A stretch of DNA of 64,000 bases from Bacteroidales bacterium (lineage in GTDB: Bacteria > Bacteroidota > Bacteroidia > Bacteroidales > GCA-2748055), in NCBI GenBank assembly GCA_029210585.1, contig JARGFP010000012.1, positions 44,512 to 108,511 of the forward strand. Direction: 5' to 3'. The position numbers were made by a program, and so were the translations under genes. The first letter of the stretch is position 1, and each line of letters starts with the position of its first letter. This document shows, piece after piece, positions 47,541-56,333 of the stretch. Under the pieces are notes generated by a model. That model made no database searches. It had not been told where the DNA came from and saw only the letters and a program-made list of their open reading frames with translations.

Positions 47541-49025
47541 ATGAAAATTGCACTGAGACTGGTACCCGCAGTTATTGCTGTTTTTATTTTATCTGGTTGC
47601 AGCCAGGATATTACCGACTCCGGTAATGTTTCGTCTGCAACAGGATGGGAATACAATACGGAAGAAAATGGCGGCTTCGAGGTTGCCACTTCAGTTGAAC
47701 AGGAGACCGGCCCCGGCCTGGTTTTCATCGAGGGGGGAACCTTTACCATGGGAAAAGTACAGGATGATGTGCTTTATGAATGGAACAATGTTCCCCGCAG
47801 GGTTACTGTCGCTTCTTTCTACATGGACCAGACAGAAATCACCAATGTCAATTACCGTGAATACCTTTACTGGCTCGACAGGGTCTTTGGGGTAAACAAC
47901 AAACAAGTTTGGAGAAATGCACTGCCCGACACGCTCGTATGGAGGGATCCGATGGCATTCAATGAGCCCTATGTGGAATACTATTTCCGTCACCCCTCTT
48001 TCAATGAATATCCCGTTGTGGGTGTGAACTGGCTGCAGGCCAATGATTATGCGCTCTGGCGGACCGACAGGGTCAATGAGCAGGTGCTGGTTGACCAGGG
48101 AATCTTTGAGGGAATCAAGACCGATCAGGTGGACGAAAGAAATTTTAATACAGAAGCATATCTCTATGGGGCATATGTACCCGATGACGGGAACCAGATA
48201 CCCAGCCTCCATCCAAGGGAGGACACCCGGGGTGTGCGGATTGAAGACGGCTACCTTCTGCCGAAGTACCGACTCCCGACCGAAGCCGAATGGGAATTTG
48301 CGGCCCTCGGCCTGATTGGCAACTCGGTGGACGAACTGGTATGGGAGCGCAGAGTTTATCCATGGAACGGACATATCCTCAGAAATGACGATCCCAGGCA
48401 TATGGGCGAGATGCGGGCCAACTTCGTCAGGGGCAAAGGTGACCTCATGGGCGTCGCCGGAAGCCTGAATGACAATGCAAGTATCCCTGCCCCGGTGCGT
48501 GCTTTCTGGCCCAATGATTATGGACTCTATTGCATGGCTGGCAACGTCAGCGAATGGGTGCTGGATGTTTATCGCCCCATGTCGTTCCAGGATGTGAGCG
48601 GATTCAGACCCTTCCGTGGCAATGTCTTTGACAAGATGGTTACAGATCCAAATGGGAATCCCGTTATTGACAGCCTGGGTCGCATCAGGCGCGAACCAAT
48701 CTCCGAAAGAGATGCCGAAGGAAGATTCAATTACCGGAAAGCCGATTACAGGAATTACAGGGACGGCGATGCCTGGTCTGTGCAGCGTTTTGGCGAAAAG
48801 GACACCATGGGTTATGACGGAACTGTTGATATGTATGTCAACACTGATGACGAACAAATGTCACTCATCGCCGACGACGTAAGGGTCTATAAGGGCGGTT
48901 CATGGAAAGACCGGGCTTACTGGATGAGCCCCGGGGAAAGAAGGTTCCTGAAACAAACCGAGGCTCGTGACGACCTGGGATTCAGGTGCGCAATGACCCG
49001 CGTGGGTACGCCAAAAGGTTTTTAA
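47541..49025 (+). CDS. gldJ: gliding motility / T9SS lipoprotein GldJ (FGE/SUMF1 fold)
   Basis: The lipoprotein leader is present (AVFILSGCS). GldJ-like blocks are present: GLVFIEGGTFTMGKVQDDV, ALPDTLVWR, YRLPTEAEWEFAA, VYKGGSWKDRAYW and GFRCAMTRVG. The porV-porU-gldJ-murF neighbourhood matches Flavobacterium. Confidence 0.85.
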   Translation: MKIALRLVPAVIAVFILSGCSQDITDSGNVSSATGWEYNTEENGGFEVATSVEQETGPGLVFIEGGTFTMGKVQDDVLYEWNNVPRRVTVASFYMDQTEITNVNYREYLYWLDRVFGVNNKQVWRNALPDTLVWRDPMAFNEPYVEYYFRHPSFNEYPVVGVNWLQANDYALWRTDRVNEQVLVDQGIFEGIKTDQVDERNFNTEAYLYGAYVPDDGNQIPSLHPREDTRGVRIEDGYLLPKYRLPTEAEWEFAALGLIGNSVDELVWERRVYPWNGHILRNDDPRHMGEMRANFVRGKGDLMGVAGSLNDNASIPAPVRAFWPNDYGLYCMAGNVSEWVLDVYRPMSFQDVSGFRPFRGNVFDKMVTDPNGNPVIDSLGRIRREPISERDAEGRFNYRKADYRNYRDGDAWSVQRFGEKDTMGYDGTVDMYVNTDDEQMSLIADDVRVYKGGSWKDRAYWMSPGERRFLKQTEARDDLGFRCAMTRVGTPKGF

Positions 49026-49051
49026 TGATCTAAAACATATTACTTCAGACA

Positions 49052-49084
49052 AAGGCTGTCTCCAATCCGGGGGCAGCCTTTTTT
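49052..49084 (+). terminator. rho-independent terminator candidate after gldJ
   Basis: AAGGCTGTCTCC (49052-49063) pairs with GGGGGCAGCCTT (49069-49080), including two G-U wobbles. The loop is AATCC. The T tract at 49079-49084 includes the last two bases of the right arm. Confidence 0.6.
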
Positions 49085-49306
49085 CTGGTGCTGTCCCGCA
49101 GACAATTTAGCAGGCGGAAGTGCCGGAAACAATCTTTGCTCCCGGCGCATCAGCACAACATCTGTCCCGTGAAGCTGCCTCCAAAAAAAAAGACATTAAT
49201 TTTTCATTAATCTAATTGGTTTACATATCAGTCGTATGTTTATTTATTAAACACTATTTCACCAACCAAACAATTAAATTATGAAAAAAGATTATTCTTT
49301 CTATGT

Positions 49307-50149
49307 TTGGCTTTTGTCAGCTTTGCTGCTTTTTCCCAGACAACGGTCTGGAATCCTGCGGCCAATCCTGATGGTACAGGATTATGGACCGAAGCAGCAA
49401 ACTGGACAAATGGCCTGCCGGTTCCTGCTGGTAAAGTGGTATTGAATGTACCCGGTGCTGCCGATTGCGTTCTGGATGCAGCAGCTGAGATCAACCAATT
49501 TGTACTGGGCGACAATGGCGGAGGCGATGATGTGTTGCGCATTGTCAATGGAGGGGCCCTGACAACAGGAGCCAACTGGTCGATGGTACAACGGTTATTT
49601 CAGTCCTTAGTTATTGTTGATGTGGAAGAGATAACTGTAACAGGAGCTGATGGAGCAACCACAATCACTACAATGGGAGGTACCCTTCAAATGACTGCGA
49701 CGGTTCTTCCGGCAGAGGCCACTGATCCTTCCGTAACATGGAGTGTCGATGATGAGACCATTGCAACCATTGATGAAAATGGCCTGCTCACTGCTGTTGC
49801 CGACGGCGACGTTACCGTTACCGCAACGGCCAACGACGGCTCGGGTGTTAACGGTTCGCTTGTTGTGACAATCAGCAACCAGGATGAGACAGGAATCGGA
49901 TCCGCAGATATGCTGTCGAAGGGACTGACCATCTACCCCAATCCTGTGGGAGAGATACTGAATATCAGAAGTGCACGGGATGTTGCAATGATCAGTATTC
50001 TTGACGTTGCCGGTCATGCTGTAAGAACCATGGAACACCCGGGCAGGGAATCTTCGGTCAATCTTGAAGGAATTCCGGCTGGCGTGTATATGTTGAAGGT
50101 ACAGGACCATGAAGCGAACACAGTGATCCGGCGCATACTGAAGCAGTAA
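49307..50149 (+). CDS. T9SS cargo protein (Big_2-like domain + type A C-terminal sorting domain); 5' end apparently frameshifted
   Basis: The Big_2-like block is ITVTGADGATTITTMGGTLQMTATVLPAEATDPSVTWSVDDETIATIDENGLLTAVADGDVTVTATANDGSG. The T9SS CTD-like end is LTIYPNPVGEILNI...GVYMLKVQ. The only in-frame start is TTG 49307, which lies in the middle of a signal peptide. An ATG at 49281 is out of frame by one A (see finding). Confidence 0.75.
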   Translation: MAFVSFAAFSQTTVWNPAANPDGTGLWTEAANWTNGLPVPAGKVVLNVPGAADCVLDAAAEINQFVLGDNGGGDDVLRIVNGGALTTGANWSMVQRLFQSLVIVDVEEITVTGADGATTITTMGGTLQMTATVLPAEATDPSVTWSVDDETIATIDENGLLTAVADGDVTVTATANDGSGVNGSLVVTISNQDETGIGSADMLSKGLTIYPNPVGEILNIRSARDVAMISILDVAGHAVRTMEHPGRESSVNLEGIPAGVYMLKVQDHEANTVIRRILKQ

Positions 50150-50180
50150 ATATGGCATCGTAAGCATCGGGTATTTGAAC

Positions 50181-50218
50181 AGGGGCCGTCTTGAATATGT
50201 TTTTGAGACGGCCCTTTT
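50181..50218 (+). terminator. rho-independent terminator candidate after the T9SS cargo gene
   Basis: GGGCCGTCT (50183-50191) pairs with AGACGGCCC (50206-50214). The loop is 14 nt, and TTTT follows. Confidence 0.6.
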
Positions 50219-50385
50219 ATATCATGCTGCGGCATGGCTCTCAACCGTTATGTTGCTGCGGAAGGGGATGACGCGGGTGAAGTGATGGAGACACCTGCCC
50301 CTAAATCTGCCAGGGAAATGCATTTTGCTGTGGAAGATATGTCTATTTTATGTAGGTTTACCTTTAAGAATCAACCTGACCTGGT

Positions 50386-51693
50386 ATGTCGATCAAATCC
50401 ATCTATAATGAATTCATTGTATCATCGGGGGTTATCACCGATACCCGTGCCATACGGGGGAATGAAGTTTTCTTTGCACTGAAGGGGGAGCATTTTGACG
50501 GGAATGATTTTATCCGGGAAGCACTCGAAAAGGGATGCAGGTGTGCCGTGTCCGACCGGCCTGCGCCTGGCGGAACCGGTCCCGTGATTATTGTGGAGGA
50601 TGCGCTTCATGCGCTCCAGCAGCTTGCATCACACCACCGCAGGAAGTGGGGCGGACAGGTGCTGGCCATAACGGGGAGTAACGGGAAGACCACAACAAAA
50701 GAACTGGTCCACGCCGTACTTTCGCAACAGTACCGTGTGTTGGCCACGGAGGGAAACCTGAACAATCATATCGGCGTGCCGCTGACATTGCTGAAGATCA
50801 GGAACGAGGAGCTTGCGATCATCGAGATGGGCGCTAATCACCAGGGAGAGATTGCCCTGCTCTGCAAGATCGCGGACCCTGACGCGGGCATCATTACCAA
50901 TATCGGAAAGGCGCACCTCGAGGGATTCGGAAACCTGGAAGGCGTCAGGAAAGGGAAGGGGGAACTGTACGATTACCTGGAAACAAGCGGGGGGACGGCC
51001 ATCGCTGACCTGTCCGATCCCGTGCTGGCATCAATGGCCGGGGAAAGAAAACTGAAGGTTTTTTCCTATGGATTGGGGACCGGCTTTGATGTGAACGGGC
51101 ACCTGGCGGTATCGGGCGAACGTATTGAAGGTACATTCCACACCGGCCCTGGTGCATACCCGCTGCATTCCGGGCTTTTCGGAGCCTATAACTTCAGGAA
51201 CATGCTTGCTGCCGCTGCTGCAGGGGTATTTATGAAAGTGCCGCCGCATGCCATTTCGCAGGCTGTGGAAAAGTATGTGCCGCAAAATAACAGGTCGCAG
51301 ACCATCAGGGGAAAAACCAACACGTTGATCCTGGATGCCTACAATGCAAATCCCACCAGTATGCGTGGTGCAATTGCTGAATTTGAACAGCGCGCGCACC
51401 CCGGGAAGATCGCAATACTGGGCGACATGTACGAGCTGGGAGAAGATGAGTCCAAGGAGCACCGGGCGCTGCTTGAGCAGCTTGCCGGCAGCAACATCAA
51501 CAAGGTGATGCTTGTAGGTGAACGCTTTGGAGCATTTGCAAAAGATCCGGCCTTCCCGTTCCATTTTTTCGACAGCCTGGAGGATTGCCTGGTCCACCTG
51601 CGTGCACACCCTCCGAGGAATGCCATGATTATGTTGAAGGGCAGCAGAAAAAACGCCCTGGAAAACGCAACCAATCTACTGATGGATTGTTAA
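50386..51693 (+). CDS. murF: UDP-N-acetylmuramoyl-tripeptide--D-alanyl-D-alanine ligase
   Basis: MurF motifs are present: DTRAIRGNEVFFALKGEHFDGNDF, ITGSNGKTTTKE and DAYNANPTSM. Confidence 0.9.
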   Translation: MSIKSIYNEFIVSSGVITDTRAIRGNEVFFALKGEHFDGNDFIREALEKGCRCAVSDRPAPGGTGPVIIVEDALHALQQLASHHRRKWGGQVLAITGSNGKTTTKELVHAVLSQQYRVLATEGNLNNHIGVPLTLLKIRNEELAIIEMGANHQGEIALLCKIADPDAGIITNIGKAHLEGFGNLEGVRKGKGELYDYLETSGGTAIADLSDPVLASMAGERKLKVFSYGLGTGFDVNGHLAVSGERIEGTFHTGPGAYPLHSGLFGAYNFRNMLAAAAAGVFMKVPPHAISQAVEKYVPQNNRSQTIRGKTNTLILDAYNANPTSMRGAIAEFEQRAHPGKIAILGDMYELGEDESKEHRALLEQLAGSNINKVMLVGERFGAFAKDPAFPFHFFDSLEDCLVHLRAHPPRNAMIMLKGSRKNALENATNLLMDC

Positions 51694-51715
51694 ACCATGA
51701 TTAACACCAGAATAA

Positions 51716-52387
51716 ATGTCAAATAAGTTAATGGATCCCATCGGGAAACTGATGGGACTTAGGTACAAATCCCATCCCTGGCACGGTGTGGATATCGGCG
51801 ACGATGCCCCTGGCATCGTTACCTGTTTTATTGAAATGGTGCCCCGGGATACCGTTAAATATGAAGTGGATAAGGTTTCCGGGTACCTGAAAATCGACCG
51901 TCCGCAGAAATATTCCACAACGGTACCGGCATTGTATGGATTTGTTCCGCAGACGTTCAGTGGTGAGAAAGTGGCTGAGCTCAGCAGGGAAAAAACCGGC
52001 AATGACAAGATCATCGGCGATTCGGATCCGGTGGATATCTGTATTCTGACGGAAAAGGAGATTACCCATGGAGATATCCTTGTCAGGGCGCGTCCCATTG
52101 GAGGATTCCGGATGATCGACAACAACCAGGCAGATGACAAGATCATCGCGGTACTTAACAATGATGCGCTCTACCAGGGCTTTGAAGATGTGAACGACGT
52201 ACCCAAAAGTGTTGTAGACAGGCTCAAACATTATTTCCTGACTTACAAGGACCTTCCCGGCAACCCGGCAGACGTGGAAATTACACATATCTATGGCAGG
52301 GAAGAGGCCCTTGATCTCATCGAACGTTCCATCGAAGACTACCGGATGAAATTCGAGAACCTGGACACCCTCCTGTCTTCGGTCTGA
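51716..52387 (+). CDS. ppa: inorganic diphosphatase (family I)
   Basis: Family I pyrophosphatase features are present (HPWHGVDIG, IEMVPRDTVKYEVDK, DSDPVDICIL). Confidence 0.9.
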   Translation: MSNKLMDPIGKLMGLRYKSHPWHGVDIGDDAPGIVTCFIEMVPRDTVKYEVDKVSGYLKIDRPQKYSTTVPALYGFVPQTFSGEKVAELSREKTGNDKIIGDSDPVDICILTEKEITHGDILVRARPIGGFRMIDNNQADDKIIAVLNNDALYQGFEDVNDVPKSVVDRLKHYFLTYKDLPGNPADVEITHIYGREEALDLIERSIEDYRMKFENLDTLLSSV

Positions 52388-54100
52388 TCATTCCTTGTAC
52401 CTGTAACGCTTGATCTTCTGGGTCGGGGTCTTCTCAAAAGGATCCTTCTGTAAAAAAGTTTTCTGGATCCTGGAGTTTTTATTCAGCTGCTCGTTCACTT
52501 TTGTGCGCATCTCATCCAGCAGTTCCTCTGCTTTGTGCTGAAGGTCTTTCTGCTTGTCCTGCGCGGTCGCAAGCAGGTGCTGGAATTTCTCCTCAATGGT
52601 TTCGAAGTTCAGGTGGATCAGTGCCACGAGTTTCCCTTTCACATGCATGACCAGTGAATCGTTGACGAATTCCTGCTCATTGAACACGGACTCGATCTCC
52701 TCCGGGTAAATGTTCTCACCGTTGGGTCCCAGGATCATGTTTTTCGAGCGTCCCTTGATGTAGATGATCCCCTTGTTATCAATGATCCCCAGGTCTCCTG
52801 TCCTGAAAAAACCATCTTCGGTGAACACCTCTTTGGTCTGGGCTTCATTTTTGTAATACCCTTTCATGATGTTTCTTCCCCTGGCAACGATTTCTCCTTC
52901 ACCTGTTTCAGGATCCGGGGCGTATATTTTCAGATCAATGCCTGCAATTGGCAAACCGACAGATCTGTATACTGCATTTGCAGGATCGAATCCTGACAGC
53001 ATGGGAGATGTTTCTGTGAGTCCGTAACCAACAGCATACGGGAATTTTGCTTCCAGGAGGAACTTTTCAACGTCGGGGGCCAGGGCCGCCCCACCGACAC
53101 CGAAGAACCTCATCCTGCCTCCGAAAAATGCCTTGAGCTTGTTGCCGGCAGCTTTGTACAGTAACCGGCGCGTGGGTCCGAATTTTAGCAATGTCCGGGT
53201 AACAGGCGACTTTTCCAGTCCGGGCTTCACCTTGTTCCTGTAGATCTTTTCGATGATCAGCGGTACGGTAAGCATCGTGGTTGGCCGGTACTTTTTAAAC
53301 AGCGGTCCAAGGTAAGCAGCCGTAGGGGTCCGGTCTGTATAATGCACCGTTGCACCGTTGATCAGGGGGATCAGCATGCCGATGGTGAATTCATAGGTAT
53401 GTGCCAGTGGAAGCACGGAAATAAACACATCCGAAGGCAGGACCTTGTGAATGCTGCCGGTGTTCACTGCATCGAAGATCATGTTGTCATGTGTCAGCAT
53501 CACCCCTTTTGAGCTCCCGGTGGTGCCGGAAGTATAGATGATCACTGCCAGGTCGTCCTTCTTCAGCGCCGGGAAATTTACATTTGCCCCGGATGGTTCT
53601 GCGGGCTGCAGCTTTTCAAATGCATCTTTCGACAACTGCTGCAGGTTGCCCGCCTTGCTGACTTCATGAAAAACAAGGTCTTCAACGGTAATGATGTACC
53701 TGACGCTTTCCGGGAATCCATCTGGGAATTTTTGCATCTGTTTGGATGAAACGACAACCATATCCACCTCTGCGTGCTTCATGATGGAGGTCATCTCACC
53801 TGCTGTGAAATCTGTAAGAATGGGCGTGACAATCCCGCCTGCCTTCAGGATTCCGAAATAGGAAGCCACCCAGTGCGGATTGTTTTCGCTGATGAGTGCC
53901 ACCCGCTGGTTGCGTTCCAGTCCGGCCCCGTAGATCTTTATTGCAAAATCATGTGCCAGTGCATTGATCTCGTTATAGGAGTAGGATATTCCATTGGCGA
54001 TGGTAAACGCCGGTTTATCCCCGTATGTTTTCGCACTGTGTTCCAGCGCTGCAGGTAAATTTTCAAAATATACCCAGTCTTCCGTTCCCTTTTTATTCAT
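52388..54100 (-). CDS. AMP-dependent acyl-CoA synthetase/ligase
   Basis: The AMP-binding motif is present (IIYTSGTTGSSKGVMLTH), with GYGLTETSP and TGDLG. Its stop codon directly abuts the ppa stop in convergent orientation (TGA|TCA). Confidence 0.85.
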   Translation of the reverse strand: MNKKGTEDWVYFENLPAALEHSAKTYGDKPAFTIANGISYSYNEINALAHDFAIKIYGAGLERNQRVALISENNPHWVASYFGILKAGGIVTPILTDFTAGEMTSIMKHAEVDMVVVSSKQMQKFPDGFPESVRYIITVEDLVFHEVSKAGNLQQLSKDAFEKLQPAEPSGANVNFPALKKDDLAVIIYTSGTTGSSKGVMLTHDNMIFDAVNTGSIHKVLPSDVFISVLPLAHTYEFTIGMLIPLINGATVHYTDRTPTAAYLGPLFKKYRPTTMLTVPLIIEKIYRNKVKPGLEKSPVTRTLLKFGPTRRLLYKAAGNKLKAFFGGRMRFFGVGGAALAPDVEKFLLEAKFPYAVGYGLTETSPMLSGFDPANAVYRSVGLPIAGIDLKIYAPDPETGEGEIVARGRNIMKGYYKNEAQTKEVFTEDGFFRTGDLGIIDNKGIIYIKGRSKNMILGPNGENIYPEEIESVFNEQEFVNDSLVMHVKGKLVALIHLNFETIEEKFQHLLATAQDKQKDLQHKAEELLDEMRTKVNEQLNKNSRIQKTFLQKDPFEKTPTQKIKRYRYKE

Positions 54101-54110
54101 CTCTCTCTTT

Positions 54111-55181
54111 TTATGTTACTACGCGCTGATTCATTCTTTGTTCAAACTGGTCCCTCAGCTGGTTAAATTGTTTTCGTCCCGCAAGGAAATAGTCGAAAAC
54201 AACAGACCTGTTATACATTTCCGGGTGGGAGGTTTTTTTGATCGCAGAACTGTACCGCTCCCTGGTTTCCCTGTATGCTCCCTTGTTTTTCCTGAAATCC
54301 CTGTGTGCGCGGCAGACAGCTTTCAGATCTCCGAATTTAAAGGTCAGGAGAAACTGCAGTGCCGAAATTCCATCCAGCAACATCCTTGTCCTGATGGTGG
54401 ATTTCAGTTCCTTTTCAGGCAGGTTTTTATACAGCAGGAAGAGGTTGTTCCTGAAATTCAGGTAGGTCTTGAAGGGATTGCTCTTCGGCAATGTTCCGCC
54501 ACCCACGTGATACACGCGCGAGGCAGGTACCACCGACAACTTGTGTCCCCTGTTCCTGAGTCTCCAGCAAAGATCCACTTCCTCCATATGAGCGAAAAAA
54601 TGAGCATCAAACCCACCTGCTTCCCGGAAGATTGCTGACCTTACCAGCATGCAGGCACCGGTGGTCCAGAATACCTCCAGGGGTTCTGTTGGTTCACCGG
54701 AAAAACGTTCCGTGGTATGAAAGATCCTTCCCCTGCAAAAGGTATATCCGTACCTGTCGATGTACCCTCCGGCTGCACCGGCATACTCAAACTTATCCCG
54801 CTGCTGCTGGTCCAGCAATATGGGCGAACATGCTGCAACCTCTGTGTGCCGGTCGAGGTGATCCACCAACGGTCTGAGCCAGTTGCCGGTCACTTCGATG
54901 TCCGAATTCAGCAGCATGTAATATTCTGCCTCCACCTTCCTCAGTGCTTCATTGTACCCCCCGGCAAAGCCGTGGTTGCGTTCCAGCCTGACCAGGCGCA
55001 GATCCGTGTAATGTGCTTCCAGGAACGCCACGGAATCATCCGATGAGTCATTGTCGGCAACAATTATTTCTGTAGCGGGATCCTGCGTGTGTTCAATAAG
55101 GACAGGGAGGAATTTCTCGAGGAATTCCTTTCCGTTCCAGTTCAATATAACTACCGCAGTTTTTATCACCTTTTCCAACAT
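54111..55181 (-). CDS. family 2 glycosyltransferase
   Basis: GT2 features are present: AVVILNWNGKEFL, ADNDSSDDS, and the acceptor-side HMEEVDLCWR. Confidence 0.8.
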   Translation of the reverse strand: MLEKVIKTAVVILNWNGKEFLEKFLPVLIEHTQDPATEIIVADNDSSDDSVAFLEAHYTDLRLVRLERNHGFAGGYNEALRKVEAEYYMLLNSDIEVTGNWLRPLVDHLDRHTEVAACSPILLDQQQRDKFEYAGAAGGYIDRYGYTFCRGRIFHTTERFSGEPTEPLEVFWTTGACMLVRSAIFREAGGFDAHFFAHMEEVDLCWRLRNRGHKLSVVPASRVYHVGGGTLPKSNPFKTYLNFRNNLFLLYKNLPEKELKSTIRTRMLLDGISALQFLLTFKFGDLKAVCRAHRDFRKNKGAYRETRERYSSAIKKTSHPEMYNRSVVFDYFLAGRKQFNQLRDQFEQRMNQRVVT

Positions 55182-55214
55182 TATTCCTTAACCAGTGCGA
55201 AAACCGTTCCAGGA

Positions 55215-56015
55215 TTAATTCTTTTCCTGCATAATTCCCCTGATAACACCAACAAACTCATTATGGTTCAATCCGTTGCTGCAAATAATTTCCCTGCCGA
55301 GCAGGTAACCGTCACCTCCGGAGAAATCAGCGCTCTTGCCGCCGGCTTCCTCCAGGATGATGATTCCTGCTGCCACGTCCCACGCATGCAATCCATATTC
55401 GTAGAAACCGTCGTACCTCCCGCAGGCCACCCAGGCGATGTCAGTGGCAGCAGATCCCAGTCTTCGCAGTCCCCTGGAATTTTTCAAGAACCACGTGATG
55501 GTATGCATGAACCGGTCCATCCTGTTGTAGTCTGTGTAGGGAAATCCTGTTGCCACAAGTGAATTGTCCAGGGTGGTATTCCGGCTGACCCGGATGGGTT
55601 GCCCGTTGAGATAGGCGCCGCCGTTCTTCCAGCCGTAAAAGCATTCGTTGAGACCAAGTTCGAGGATCACGCCCAAAGCGGGAATGTCATTTTCGGCAAG
55701 CGCAACGCTGACTGCGTATGGAAAAGCACCATGGATAAAATTTGTGGTACCGTCAAGCGGGTCAATGATCCAGTTGTACCGTTCGCCCCGCTTTTCACTG
55801 GTGCCTTCTTCTGCGATAAAACCTGCTTCCGGAAGAATTCCTCCCAGTGCAGTGACCAGCATTTGCTCTACAGCCTTGTCCACGGCAGTCACGAAATTGT
55901 GTTCACCCTTCTCCTCCATCTCCGGCCTGGCATCCTCCTGTTGCTGCGCCCTGATATAGTCTCCTGCATCTTTCACCACTTCGATCACCTGGTTGCACAT
56001 CTTCTCTAATTCCAT
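55215..56015 (-). CDS. inositol monophosphatase family protein
   Basis: IMPase motifs are present (WIIDPLDGTTNFIHG and WDVAAG). Confidence 0.85.
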   Translation of the reverse strand: MELEKMCNQVIEVVKDAGDYIRAQQQEDARPEMEEKGEHNFVTAVDKAVEQMLVTALGGILPEAGFIAEEGTSEKRGERYNWIIDPLDGTTNFIHGAFPYAVSVALAENDIPALGVILELGLNECFYGWKNGGAYLNGQPIRVSRNTTLDNSLVATGFPYTDYNRMDRFMHTITWFLKNSRGLRRLGSAATDIAWVACGRYDGFYEYGLHAWDVAAGIIILEEAGGKSADFSGGDGYLLGREIICSNGLNHNEFVGVIRGIMQEKN

Positions 56016-56223
56016 ACCCGGTTTTCAGATAGAAAGTTTGTATATTTTAAAGATGGCTGAAAGCACTCTGTAAAAATCATGCGTATTGTGAGCATTGTTT
56101 TGCGATGCAAAGAAACGGATTTTATAGTTATTTCGAAAAGGATCCTTCGCCATGCGCGCGGGTATGGGATAAGTCGCGTTGATTTGGGGCGAACGACAAC
56201 CTTTCGGGGTGAATGGTACTGGT

Positions 56224-56333
56224 GCTGAATGCTTCAATCCAGGTGTGTGAGCAGGTCGCCTGATACGAAAGTGCTGTCGCTGAACGCTTCAACCCAGGTG
56301 TGCCAGCAGGTCTGCCACCACGAATGTACTGCC
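56224..56333. repeat. 55-bp tandem duplication spanning the folC 3' end and stop codon (2 copies + possible remnant upstream)
   Basis: Copy 56224-56278 matches copy 56279-56333 at 42 of 55 positions by my count. Both carry the TCA (reverse TGA) stop at the same offset. Confidence 0.85.
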
